The notes under the pieces were generated by a model. It searched no databases, had not been told where the DNA came from, and worked only from the letters and a program-made list of their open reading frames with translations. Shown here piece by piece: positions 1 through 8,775 of a DNA stretch of 37,809 nt; position 1 is the stretch's first letter; each line of letters opens with the position of its first letter. The translations under genes were made by a program, and so were the position numbers. This DNA comes from a virus (Duplodnaviria > Caudoviricetes), in IMG/VR virus record IMGVR_UViG_3300032135_000027, positions 1 to 37,809 of that record; one strand, written 5' to 3'.

Positions 1-48
1 TGCGACTTTCACACACAGAGCGGTCACGTTCGACCAGGGGGGGTGGTC

Positions 49-291
49 ATGTCTACTCGGGTCGAGGATCTGCAGGCCGCCGCTGACCTGATGTGGGACT
101 CGATGAGCGAGTGTCTGCCCGACAAGCGCGCGCCGTTGATGGCTCAGTGGCGCGCGCTGTCGGCCGAGGTTGCTGCCATCGCTGACGATACGAAGGTGGG
201 CGACCCTGTTGACGAAATCGCCCAGCGTCGCGCTTCTCGGGGAGCAGGCCCCGCCGCGAGTCCTAGTCACACCCGCGCGCGCTCGAGCTAA
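49..291 (+). CDS. terminase small subunit (putative)
   Basis: Short helical ORF directly before and overlapping the large terminase; the C-terminal 'GDPVDEIAQRRASR' resembles actinophage TerS. ATG at 49 (GTG at 43 is an alternative start). Confidence 0.7.
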   Translation: MSTRVEDLQAAADLMWDSMSECLPDKRAPLMAQWRALSAEVAAIADDTKVGDPVDEIAQRRASRGAGPAASPSHTRARSS

Positions 292-1657
292 CTCTTGGGA
301 GGACGTGGCCGACCTCTCGGCGTCGTTCGGCCTAGTGCTCGACCCGTGGCAGGAGCTCGTGCTGCAGTCCGCGATGGGCGAGCGCACGGACGGCAAGTGG
401 GCAGCCCCGCAGGTTGCCCTCTCGGCGCCGCGGCAGAACGGCAAGAGCCAACTGATCGTCGCCCGCGCATTGGCCGGCGCGCTCCTATTCAACGAGCAAC
501 TCATCGTCATCTCGGCTCATCAGGCAGACACGGCGCGCGAGACGTTCAACAAGTTCATGGAGCAGATCGACTCCTCCCCTGCGCTGTCGTTCCGCATCAA
601 GTCCGTGATGAATGCGATCAACCGCGAGTCGATCAAGCTCAATAACGGTGCGATCATCAAGTTCAAGGCGCGCACCGGAGCTGGTGGCCGAGGGTTCTCC
701 TCGGATTGCCTGTTCCTCGATGAGGCGCAGATTCTAGGTGGGCGCGCGTGGGCGTCGATCAACTCGACAATGTCTGCGCGCAGCAATCCGCAGGCGTGGC
801 TCATGGGCACGCCGCCTACACCCGAGGATGACGGCGAAGTGTTCGGCCTGATTCGCTCCAAGGCGATCGGCGGCAAGTCGACATCGCTCTGCTATCTCGA
901 ATGGTCTGCCGAGGCGTCCGACGATCCGACGCTCGAGGAGACTCGCGCGAAGGCCAACCCTGCCTGGCACACCCGGATCAACCACGAGGTCGTCAACGGC
1001 GAGTTCGATACCTATACCCCCGAGCGGTTCGCCCTCGAGCGACTAGGCATCTGGTCGTCCGAGAATCTGGCGCGCGTCGTCGAGTCGGACGCCTGGAACA
1101 AGCTCGCAACCAAGAACCCGCCGACCGATGGCCGCGTGACCTACGGCGTGAAGTTCTCCCCGGACGGCACGACGATGGCACTCGCCGCGTGTCGTCGACC
1201 AGACGTTGGGCCGCTGCACGTCGAGCTCATCGAGCACCGTTCGATGTCAGCCGGCCTCGGTTGGCTAGTCTCCTGGCTGGTCGAACGTCAGGACAAGACC
1301 GTACAGATCGTCATCGACGGCAAGTCTCACGCGGGCGCGCTGCACGAGGCGCTACGGGCAGAGAAGGTGCCAGAGCGGCTCATCTGGCTACCCACGACCG
1401 ACCAGGTCATCACGGCACACTCGATGATCCTCGGCGCGATTCAGGGCCGAGATATCACGCACTACGCGCAACCCGGTCTCGACGGTTCGGTTGCTCTCGC
1501 GGGCAAGCGTCCGATCGGCACTAACGGCGGATGGGGATGGAAGCCCTTGGCTGACGGCGACGTAACCCCGATCGAGGCCGTGACCTTCGCCCATTGGGGC
1601 GCCATGACAAGCAAGCGGCGCCCCGGGCGCAAGACGAGAGGAGCGGTGCTGGCGTGA
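209..1657 (+). CDS. terL: terminase large subunit
   Basis: Adenine-binding 'LDPWQ', Walker A 'PRQNGKS', Walker B 'LFLDEAQ', motif III 'MGTPP'. Start uncertain: TTG at 209 after GAAGGTGG; the ORF is open from 170. Confidence 0.95.
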   Translation: MTKSPSVALLGEQAPPRVLVTPARARANSWEDVADLSASFGLVLDPWQELVLQSAMGERTDGKWAAPQVALSAPRQNGKSQLIVARALAGALLFNEQLIVISAHQADTARETFNKFMEQIDSSPALSFRIKSVMNAINRESIKLNNGAIIKFKARTGAGGRGFSSDCLFLDEAQILGGRAWASINSTMSARSNPQAWLMGTPPTPEDDGEVFGLIRSKAIGGKSTSLCYLEWSAEASDDPTLEETRAKANPAWHTRINHEVVNGEFDTYTPERFALERLGIWSSENLARVVESDAWNKLATKNPPTDGRVTYGVKFSPDGTTMALAACRRPDVGPLHVELIEHRSMSAGLGWLVSWLVERQDKTVQIVIDGKSHAGALHEALRAEKVPERLIWLPTTDQVITAHSMILGAIQGRDITHYAQPGLDGSVALAGKRPIGTNGGWGWKPLADGDVTPIEAVTFAHWGAMTSKRRPGRKTRGAVLA

Positions 1658-3261
1658 CGATCACCTCCACATATACCGCCACACCGCAGGTCGATGGACT
1701 CGACGACGCCGATCAAGACACCCTCAAGGGCCTCATCGTCAAACTCAACCAGAAGCAGGTTCGCAACCGTTTGCGGTCGTCCTACTTCGATGGACAGCAG
1801 GGCCTCGTCGATCTGGGGATCTCGCTGCCCCCGTCGATGAGAGAGATCGGCGCTGTCGTTGGGTGGCCGGCGAAGGCTGTCTACTCGATGTCCCGCCGCA
1901 ACATCATGCAGAGTTTCACCTCGACCGCGGCGACCCCAGAGGATCTCGGCCTTGTCGAACTCTGGGACACGAACCATCTCGACTCGAAGGCACCTCGCGC
2001 GCACACGTCTGCGCTGACTCACTCGTGTGCGTTCGGGTTCGTCACGGATGGCGACGTAGAGAGTGGGCAGCCCGCGCAACTCATCACGACCCGCTCTGCG
2101 CTCAACGCGACGGGGACATGGGACTACTACACCGAGTCGCTTTCCGAGGCGCTAGAGATCGTCGCCCGGGACGCTTACGGGCGCGCGACCTCGATGGTCC
2201 TGCACTTCCCGGGCCGGTACGTGATGATTCAGTGGGACGGTCGTCGGTGGCGCGGGTTCGAGCGGACGCACCGTTTCGGGATGCTCGCTGAGGCGCTGCC
2301 GTATCAGGCCGAACTTGAGAACCCGTTCGGCAAGTCTCGGATCTCGCGCGCCGTCATGTACTACACCGACTCAGCCGTCCGCACGATGCTGCGCACTGAG
2401 GTCGGGGCCGAGTTCTACAACGCCCCGCAGCGGTACGCCCTGGGTGCTGAGGAAGGCGCCTTCCAGGACAAGGACGGCAACGCCCTGCCCGGCTGGTCTG
2501 TCACGCTCGGGCGCCTCCTGACGCTCTCGCGCGACGAGGACGGCAACATGCCATCGGTCGGGCAGTTCGCGCAGCAGACGATGCAGCCGAACCTCGACCA
2601 GCTCCGCTCGATTGCCATGATGCTCGCGGGCGACCTGTCGATCTCGGTCGGGTCTCTCGGCATCGTCCAGGACAACCCGGACTCTGCCGAGGCGATCCGC
2701 GCGCGCAATGAGGAGCTCGGCATCGAGATCGAGCATTGGCAGCGGACGACCCTCGGCCCGGCATGGAAGCGCCTGGCGCAGAAGGCGCTCGCCATCAAGG
2801 ACGACTCGCCGGCCGCGCTCGCCGCGTACCGCACGATCCGCCCTCAATGGGGCTCGTGGGCACAGGCGTCCGAGGTATCGCAGGCACAGGCATCCCTTGC
2901 TCGCGTGCAGTCGATCCCGCGTCTCGCCGAGACCGACGTCGAACTCGAACACATGGGCTACAACGTCGACGAGATCGAGCGCATCAAGGCTCAGTGGGCG
3001 CGCTCGAACTCGCGGTCGAACATCGCCAGCCTTGCCGCCCAGGCGCTTGGCACGGCAGAATCTGGTGCCGGAGACGCCGAGATCGCTGCGGCCAACATCC
3101 AGAAAGCGAAGGCCGACGCCCTCGGGGTGTTCATCCGCGCAGGCGTCGACCCTGCCGATGCTGCTCGTCGGCTCGGCATGGATGGCATCGAGTTCACGGG
3201 CGCCGTTCCCGTCTCGCTGCGCCTCCCCGTCTCTGACGCGAAGGCGCTCGAGGTCGCCTAG
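1654..3261 (+). CDS. portal protein (SPP1 gp6-like)
   Basis: Follows terL with a GTGA overlap; motifs 'VVGWPAKAV', 'PFGKSRISRAVM', 'AEFYNAPQRY', 'NPDSAEAI'. Confidence 0.93.
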   Translation: MTITSTYTATPQVDGLDDADQDTLKGLIVKLNQKQVRNRLRSSYFDGQQGLVDLGISLPPSMREIGAVVGWPAKAVYSMSRRNIMQSFTSTAATPEDLGLVELWDTNHLDSKAPRAHTSALTHSCAFGFVTDGDVESGQPAQLITTRSALNATGTWDYYTESLSEALEIVARDAYGRATSMVLHFPGRYVMIQWDGRRWRGFERTHRFGMLAEALPYQAELENPFGKSRISRAVMYYTDSAVRTMLRTEVGAEFYNAPQRYALGAEEGAFQDKDGNALPGWSVTLGRLLTLSRDEDGNMPSVGQFAQQTMQPNLDQLRSIAMMLAGDLSISVGSLGIVQDNPDSAEAIRARNEELGIEIEHWQRTTLGPAWKRLAQKALAIKDDSPAALAAYRTIRPQWGSWAQASEVSQAQASLARVQSIPRLAETDVELEHMGYNVDEIERIKAQWARSNSRSNIASLAAQALGTAESGAGDAEIAAANIQKAKADALGVFIRAGVDPADAARRLGMDGIEFTGAVPVSLRLPVSDAKALEVA

Positions 3262-4016
3262 TGGCTACCGATGCTCAGATCACAGAGGTGCGCGCCGCCA
3301 ACATCGCGCTTACCGCGCGGATCGAGGCTGACCTGGCGAACTTCTGGCGATTCGTGGATCTCTCGCGGCCGGATGCCGGTCGCAATGGGCTGCTCAACTT
3401 CGTGCCGCTGCTCGTGCAGCGGTATGGAGACATGGCGAGCACGGTTGCGGCTGACTGGTTCGAGTCACTCCGGTTCGACGCGATCGACCAGGGCTTCATT
3501 GGCAAACTCGCCACCTCGACGAGCAAGTCGTTCACACCGAAACTGGCGACGCCTGATCTGGTCGCGGTGGCTTCCGATGTCCGGTTCCTCGCGGGCGATC
3601 TGTGGACGGACACCCCGGAGATCCTGCTCCCGAAACTGCAGGCCGTGGCGACCCGTCATGTCCTGCAGGTCGGGCGCGAGACGACCCGACAGAATACGTT
3701 CGCGCGGGGCTCAGGCGCCCGCGGATGGGCTCGGGCAACACGTCCCGGTGCGTGCCGATTCTGTCGCGCTCTGGCGGCTCGGGGCGGCGTCTACACGCAG
3801 GAGTCGGCACGGTTCGCGTCGCACAAGCCGAAGTGCAATTGCGTCTCGGTCCCGACGTTTGACCCGTCCGCTCCCGAGGTCGACGTCATGGCCTACACCG
3901 CGAGCCGCAACACGTCGAAGATGACCGACTCGCAGAAGGAACAGCACCGAGCGAGCGTGTCGTCCTGGCTCGATAAGTCATTCCCCGGCGAGACGGATCA
4001 CCCGGCCGCCGAATGA
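3261..4016 (+). CDS. head morphogenesis / MuF-like minor capsid protein (often annotated capsid maturation protease in actinophages)
   Basis: Between portal and scaffold; 'GWAR...ACRFCRALAARGGVY...SHKPKCNC' Cys/His motif. Confidence 0.8.
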   Translation: MATDAQITEVRAANIALTARIEADLANFWRFVDLSRPDAGRNGLLNFVPLLVQRYGDMASTVAADWFESLRFDAIDQGFIGKLATSTSKSFTPKLATPDLVAVASDVRFLAGDLWTDTPEILLPKLQAVATRHVLQVGRETTRQNTFARGSGARGWARATRPGACRFCRALAARGGVYTQESARFASHKPKCNCVSVPTFDPSAPEVDVMAYTASRNTSKMTDSQKEQHRASVSSWLDKSFPGETDHPAAE

Positions 4017-4121
4017 TTCTTCCGCTCTCGATGGGCGGTCTGTAGTAGCGCAAAGGCATCTGCCGAGCGCCTTTCTTCGTCCTGGTGACGAACCACGAGA
4101 ACCTCCTGGAGGGGTCAACAG

Positions 4122-4631
4122 ATGAGCGACGAAACGGGCACTGAGACTGCCGCCGAAACTCAGGTCGAGACTGAGGCGGTAGAGCCGAAGACCTTCGACG
4201 CCGAGTACGTCCGCAAGTTGCGGGACGAGTCGGCGAAGTACCGGACGCAGGCCAAAGAGAACTCGGGAGCCGCTACCCGGCTTGCTGAGATCGAGGAGGC
4301 TGCCAAGTCCGACGCGCAGAAGCTCACGGATCGAGCCACTGCCGCCGAGGCGAAGGTCACCGCGTTCGAGGCTGCCGCGCAGATCGCCACATGGAAGGCC
4401 GACGTCTCCACTGAGACCGGCGTCCCCATCGCGGCACTCTCCGGCTCGACGCTCGAGGAACTGACGGCGCACGCCGCGATCCTCAAGCCGCTCATCGCAA
4501 AGGCTGAGCCGGACGTAGACGACGGCAGGCCGCACACCCCGTACCGGGACCTGTCCAAGGTCCTTGCGGACGCTCCCAAACCCCAACGCGGCCTCGGCAC
4601 GCTCCGTGCGGCCTACGCCTCCCACCAGTAA
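4122..4631 (+). CDS. capsid scaffolding protein
   Basis: RBS GGAGG; acidic N-terminus, 'KTFDAEYVRKLRDESAKYR', coiled coil; directly upstream of the capsid gene. Confidence 0.88.
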   Translation: MSDETGTETAAETQVETEAVEPKTFDAEYVRKLRDESAKYRTQAKENSGAATRLAEIEEAAKSDAQKLTDRATAAEAKVTAFEAAAQIATWKADVSTETGVPIAALSGSTLEELTAHAAILKPLIAKAEPDVDDGRPHTPYRDLSKVLADAPKPQRGLGTLRAAYASHQ

Positions 4632-4643
4632 GGAAAAGACCTC

Positions 4644-5603
4644 ATGGCACTCACTCTTGTCGAGAGCGCAGTCCTCTCGGAGAACCAGCTCGCCCGCGGC
4701 GTCCAGGAGACGTTCGTCCAGCACAACCCGATCCTCGACCGCATCCCGTTCATGCCCATCGAGGGCAACGCCTTCGCGTACAACGAGGAGGAGACGCTCC
4801 CGGGCGTCGAGTTCCGCGCGATCAACGGCGGCTACACCGAGTCGACGGGAACGGTCAACCAGAAGACCGAGAGCCTGGTCATTCTCGGTGGCGACGCCGA
4901 CGTCGACAAGTTCATCGTGCAGACGCGCGGGAACCTGCAGGACCAGCGCGCCGTGCAGACCGCACTCAAGGTCAAGGCCGCGTCCTACAAGTTCACGGAC
5001 ACGTTCTTCAACGGAGACGTGGCCGGCGATGTGAACTCGTTCGACGGACTCAAGAAGCGCCTCATCGGTGCGCAGGTGTTCGCGGGCGGCACGAACGGCA
5101 TCCCCGTCCTGGGCAACGGTGGCACCGACGCGCAGACGTTCTTCGACGCGCTCGACGAGCTCGTGTCGCTGGTCCCCGGGCTCAACGGTGACAACGGCGC
5201 GATCTACACCAACGCGTCGATCCTCGCCAAGATCCGGTCGGCTGGTCGTCGGCTCGGTGGCGTCGAGATGGTCCGCGAGGACCTGACTGGCAAGCGCGTC
5301 CTGCAGTGGAACGGCATCCCGATCCTCGACGCCGACACCACGGCGGCCGGCGTTCGGGTTCTCCCGCAGACGGAGAGCGAGGGCACTGCAGTCGGCACCA
5401 CGTCCTCGCTGTACGCCGTGCGCTACGGCCAGTCTGAGGGTGACGGCGCCGTGACGGGCCTCACCAATGGCGGCGTGCAGGTCTACGACCTGGGCGAGAT
5501 CGACGCCAAGCCGGTATACCGGACCCGCATCGAGTTCTACTGCGGCGTCGGTGTGTTCGGTGGCAAGGCTGCCGCGCGCCTCACGGGTGTCCTGAACGCA
5601 TGA
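4644..5603 (+). CDS. major capsid protein
   Basis: RBS AAGGA; 319 aa; position after scaffold; 'MALTL.ESA...PILDRIPF...EETLPGVEFRAIN' start and 'AAARLTGV' end typical of HK97-fold capsids. Confidence 0.93.
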   Translation: MALTLVESAVLSENQLARGVQETFVQHNPILDRIPFMPIEGNAFAYNEEETLPGVEFRAINGGYTESTGTVNQKTESLVILGGDADVDKFIVQTRGNLQDQRAVQTALKVKAASYKFTDTFFNGDVAGDVNSFDGLKKRLIGAQVFAGGTNGIPVLGNGGTDAQTFFDALDELVSLVPGLNGDNGAIYTNASILAKIRSAGRRLGGVEMVREDLTGKRVLQWNGIPILDADTTAAGVRVLPQTESEGTAVGTTSSLYAVRYGQSEGDGAVTGLTNGGVQVYDLGEIDAKPVYRTRIEFYCGVGVFGGKAAARLTGVLNA

Positions 5604-5863
5604 TCCGACGCGAGCGGTTCGAGATCACCCGGCCCGATGGGGTGGTCCTCGTTGTGGATCGCAACATCGAGACGGGCGAGCAGACCACGACCGTCAAGGG
5701 CTTGGTCGCAGTCGAACCGCCCGCGCCGATCGTTCCGACCGAACCTCGGGGTAACGCCTCGATCGAGGCGTGGTCGGCATGGGCTGACCACCTCGGGGTC
5801 GAGTATCCCGAGGACGCCAGGCGCAACGACATCAAGGCGCTGATTCTCAGCGCTGCCAAGTAG
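5600..5863 (+). CDS. small head-associated protein
   Basis: ATGA overlap with the capsid gene; C-terminal 'PRGNASIEAWSAWA..LGV.Y..DARRNDIKALI' small helical module often seen after capsid genes. Confidence 0.6.
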   Translation: MIRRERFEITRPDGVVLVVDRNIETGEQTTTVKGLVAVEPPAPIVPTEPRGNASIEAWSAWADHLGVEYPEDARRNDIKALILSAAK

Positions 5864-5878
5864 TAGAGAGGGGCCGTC

Positions 5879-6271
5879 ATGCTGACACCACCGTTCGCCG
5901 TCCCATCGGACCTGGTCGACCGCTGGCGGCCCCTCACTACTGACGAGACCACCCGGGCAGCCGTCCTCCTGGAGGATGCGTCGCAGATGATCCTCGATGA
6001 GGACTCGCGCCACGTCCTCGATGCACTCATCGCGCCGACGAGCACCCACATCCGCATCGTCTGCAAGATGGTCGAGCGGTCGATGGGCACGCCGGTCGAC
6101 TCCCCGAGCGTTACACAGATGTCGCAGACGATGGGGCCGTTTACGGAGCAGAGCACGTTCGCCAACCCGACTGGTGACCTGTATTTGACCAAGGCTGAGA
6201 AGCGCCAGCTCGGGTTCTCCCGGATGCGCGCTGGTGGCGTCGATCAGTGGGTGCCCCCGGTGATCGTGTGA
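5879..6271 (+). CDS. head-to-tail adaptor
   Basis: 'FA..SDL..RWRPLT..E..RA.VLLEDAS', 'SQTMGPFT...ANPTGDLYLTKAEK'. Confidence 0.88.
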   Translation: MLTPPFAVPSDLVDRWRPLTTDETTRAAVLLEDASQMILDEDSRHVLDALIAPTSTHIRIVCKMVERSMGTPVDSPSVTQMSQTMGPFTEQSTFANPTGDLYLTKAEKRQLGFSRMRAGGVDQWVPPVIV

Positions 6272-6597
6272 ACACCAACCCGCTCCCCGATCGGTTCACC
6301 CCGCACGAGGTTGTCGTCCGAGCCCTCACCGGCTCGGGCGGCATGGGCAGCACCTATGCCGACGCGGTCACGGTCCCGGCGTTCGTGGTCGATGGCGCTG
6401 TCCTGGTCCGCGATTCTGCCGGCGATGAGGTTGTGTCCTCGACTCAGGTGCATCTCGGGTTCGACGTCCTCGCCCCTCCTGGCTCGCTGGTCACGGTATG
6501 GCCGACCGCTGCGGGCGCTCGCGAGGCAACCGTCATCACGTCCTCGCGTGGCGCTCACCCTCGCCTGCCGGCCTTCCAGACGCTCGCGCTGACGTGA
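6268..6597 (+). CDS. head-to-tail stopper
   Basis: GTGA overlap; synteny; 'LVRDSAGDEVVSSTQV...PPGSLVTVW'. Confidence 0.75.
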   Translation: MNTNPLPDRFTPHEVVVRALTGSGGMGSTYADAVTVPAFVVDGAVLVRDSAGDEVVSSTQVHLGFDVLAPPGSLVTVWPTAAGAREATVITSSRGAHPRLPAFQTLALT

Positions 6598-6920
6598 CCG
6601 ACATCGACCTTGTTGCGCTGATTCGCAAGGCCGCAGCAGAGGCGCTCAACGCACAGGCCGAGGTCGCGCAGAAGGCGACGAAGGCTCGGGCGCCGCGCGT
6701 TACGGGCGCACTGGTCGAGTCGATTAAGACGGCCGACGCCTCGCCGAACAGCCTCGTTTCGCAGGTCTACTCGAATGCTGACCACGCGCTCTACCAGCAC
6801 GAGGCGCTCGACCTGGTCCACAAGAGCGGGCAGTCGAAGTTCATGGAGGCCGCGGTAGCCGCTGAGCACGCCGCCATCGAGCGAGCCGGCGCCGCTGCAG
6901 CCAAGCGCGTACTGAGTTAG
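6594..6920 (+). CDS. HK97 gp10-like neck/tail-completion protein
   Basis: GTGA overlap; 'APRVTGALVESI...ALYQHE...GQSKFME' motif. Confidence 0.75.
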   Translation: MTDIDLVALIRKAAAEALNAQAEVAQKATKARAPRVTGALVESIKTADASPNSLVSQVYSNADHALYQHEALDLVHKSGQSKFMEAAVAAEHAAIERAGAAAAKRVLS

Positions 6921-7042
6921 TGCGCTCTTCCCCGCTTCCCCCATGACTTCACGAGGTAGGTCACGAGCGCCGCGACCAAGAGCAGCACGACGGCAAGCGC
7001 TCCCCAGCCGATGAAGTCGAACACGTCCCAGTCGGTGAACAT
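6917..7042 (-). CDS. 41-aa single-pass membrane protein (antisense moron; absent from the ORF track)
   Basis: Translated by hand: MFTDWDVFDFIGWGALAVVLLLVAALVTYLVKSWGKRGRAH*. Fills the gap between neck and tail-terminator genes; acidic N-terminus, hydrophobic helix, basic tail. Confidence 0.7.
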   Translation of the reverse strand: MFTDWDVFDFIGWGALAVVLLLVAALVTYLVKSWGKRGRAH

Positions 7043-7048
7043 GCGGAC

Positions 7049-7054
7049 ACCGTA
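7049..7054 (-). promoter_or_regulatory. putative -10 element of a leaderless promoter (TACGGT)
   Basis: TANNNT hexamer 6 nt upstream of the ATG at 7042 on the - strand; no Shine-Dalgarno sequence. Confidence 0.5.
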
Positions 7055-7084
7055 GCGCCCCACCATCTATAGGAGGCCATTGCG

Positions 7085-7504
7085 GTGGACACGACCCAAC
7101 TCACCTACGCCGTCGCACAGCGGCTCGCGGACAAGGGCGCGGGGGCATGGCGACCGACTGGCCCGGCATACACCGCGGCTGAGATCGCCATTTCCTATGG
7201 CCCGATCCCTGCCGCACCTGATCGCGCGATCGGCGTGACGACCTACCTGCAGGACGACGACCCGGAGACGGGCCTCGCGGTTCGCATGGTGCAGGTCCGA
7301 TGCCGTGGCGCGCGAGGCGCCCCGAACGGCGCGGACATCATCGCTGACGCCGCGTTCGATGCGCTGCACCTGACCTACCAAACCTCTGGGATCGCACGGA
7401 TCACCAGAAGCTCGACCGCACCACTTGGCGCGGACGGAAACGGCCGGCAAGAGCGGGTCGACAACTACCGCGTCATCATCGACAACCCGGAGGCAACACT
7501 ATGA
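7085..7504 (+). CDS. tail terminator protein
   Basis: RBS AGGAGG; 'P..PDRAIGVTTY...VQVRCRG...DGNGRQERVDNY'; precedes the tail tube gene. Confidence 0.82.
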   Translation: MDTTQLTYAVAQRLADKGAGAWRPTGPAYTAAEIAISYGPIPAAPDRAIGVTTYLQDDDPETGLAVRMVQVRCRGARGAPNGADIIADAAFDALHLTYQTSGIARITRSSTAPLGADGNGRQERVDNYRVIIDNPEATL

Positions 7505-8007
7505 CCGTCCTCGCCCTTCCCACTGGCGCAACCCTCGGCTTCTCCTACGAGTTCGGGGTGGACATCGACATCCCCGCGCTCGACGTCGCCACCTGGTTCC
7601 CGATCCGCAAGATCACTGGGGTCGCCCCGAGCGTCACCCCCGTGACCGCATCGGCGCAGACCTACGATGACCTCGGCGCGCCGAATGATGAGAAGACGTC
7701 CGAGTCCTGGTCGCTGTCCTTCACGGTCCAGGTCAACCGGCTCGCTACCACGGGCGCGTACACCGACGAGGTCGAGGCGCTCAAGGCGTACACCGAGCCG
7801 AGTGCCGTCGGGACCGCGTCGATCGCGCATGTCCGCTACTACGACAAGCCTGCGAACGGTGGCGTGCCGAACCCGGACGACGCCTATGAGGGCTACTGCA
7901 CCGTGTCGATCGACCGCAGCGCCACGGGCAACGCGGACGTCGGCGCCTGGTCCGTCACCCTCACGGGCAAGGGCAAGCGCACGAAGATCACGAACCCGGC
8001 CGTCTGA
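7501..8007 (+). CDS. major tail (tube) protein
   Basis: Synteny; 'AQTYDDLG...KTSESWSLSFTV', 'WSVTLTGKGKRTKITNP'. Confidence 0.88.
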   Translation: MTVLALPTGATLGFSYEFGVDIDIPALDVATWFPIRKITGVAPSVTPVTASAQTYDDLGAPNDEKTSESWSLSFTVQVNRLATTGAYTDEVEALKAYTEPSAVGTASIAHVRYYDKPANGGVPNPDDAYEGYCTVSIDRSATGNADVGAWSVTLTGKGKRTKITNPAV

Positions 8008-8013
8008 CCGGCT

Positions 8014-8044
8014 CGCGGGGGTCGCAACCCGGCCCCCGCGTTGT
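8014..8044 (+). terminator. GC-rich hairpin after the tail tube gene (partial terminator or mRNA stabiliser)
   Basis: CGCGGGGGTCG-CAACC-CGGCCCCCGCG stem followed by only a weak TTGT tail. Confidence 0.55.
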
Positions 8045-8073
8045 CCGTGCAGCCCTCTACCTAGGAGCAACCC

Positions 8074-8505
8074 ATGCCGTCCGTCGACTTCGCCGCGTGG
8101 GTGACTCCGAACCTCGAGATCACGCTCGGAGGTCATGCCTACTCGTGCCCACCTCGAAGCGTCGAGCAGATGAAGATCGTGCTCGCGTTCGCTGCCCTGT
8201 CCGAGCACAACATCGGCGTCTCTCCCAACGCGCCCGACGCCTCGCTCATCGAGATCGTCGAAGCGCAGACCGAGGACCTCGCCGCACTCACTCTCGGGCA
8301 CGAGATCTACGACCGCATGATCGCGGACGGCGTCGACATGGTGAGCATCCAGCGCGTCGGCTACTACGCGATGACGTACTGGTCGCGCGGCAAGGAGCGC
8401 GCCGACCTGATCGCGGGCCTGATGTGGGCGCCCGATGCTAAGGCGGTCGAGCCCGATGCCCCAAAAGCCCGACGACGGAAGAGGAGTGGGCCGCCCTCGG
8501 TATAG
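8074..8505 (+). CDS. tail assembly chaperone (G-like)
   Basis: RBS AGGAG; between tail tube and tape measure; slippery site near the 3' end. Confidence 0.88.
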   Translation: MPSVDFAAWVTPNLEITLGGHAYSCPPRSVEQMKIVLAFAALSEHNIGVSPNAPDASLIEIVEAQTEDLAALTLGHEIYDRMIADGVDMVSIQRVGYYAMTYWSRGKERADLIAGLMWAPDAKAVEPDAPKARRRKRSGPPSV

Positions 8506-8771
8506 GCGAGCCTGACGCGGACGGCATGTATGCCGACTACCGCTCGGCGCCGCGCATCCGACTCACGCCCGACGCCCCGGTTGGTCGTCTGATCGGATGG
8601 CGCGACATCCTCCCCAACTGGAACGCCGTCACCCTCGATCTGGCCGAACGCTTCGGCATCGACCTTCACGACCCGGCCGTTCTCGCGCGCCCCTGGCCTG
8701 GTGTCCGGGCGATGGTCCTGAGTCTGCCGAACACCCCGGGAAGCCACCTTCACAACGCCCTGAGGGGGTAG
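8074..8771 (+). CDS. tail assembly chaperone, -1 frameshift product (GT-like)
   Basis: In-frame C CCA AAA at 8460-8466; the -1 frame is open to 8771 (SPTTEEEWAALG...DLAERFGIDLHD...RPWPGVR). Confidence 0.85.
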
Positions 8772-8775
8772 CCCG

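Noticed and set aside
1594-1653. Upstream starts given by the ORF track for portal and many other genes (e.g. 11034, 12174, 17106, 18250, 22479, 30313, 34206)
   Set aside because: Downstream starts with RBS or stop/start overlaps fit better and avoid long overlaps with neighbouring genes.
4022-4074. Two small hairpins before the scaffold gene as an ncRNA or riboswitch
   Set aside because: The stems are short (CCGCTC/GGGCGG, AAAGGC/GCCTTT) and match no family I recognise; such stems are expected by chance or as ordinary leader structure.
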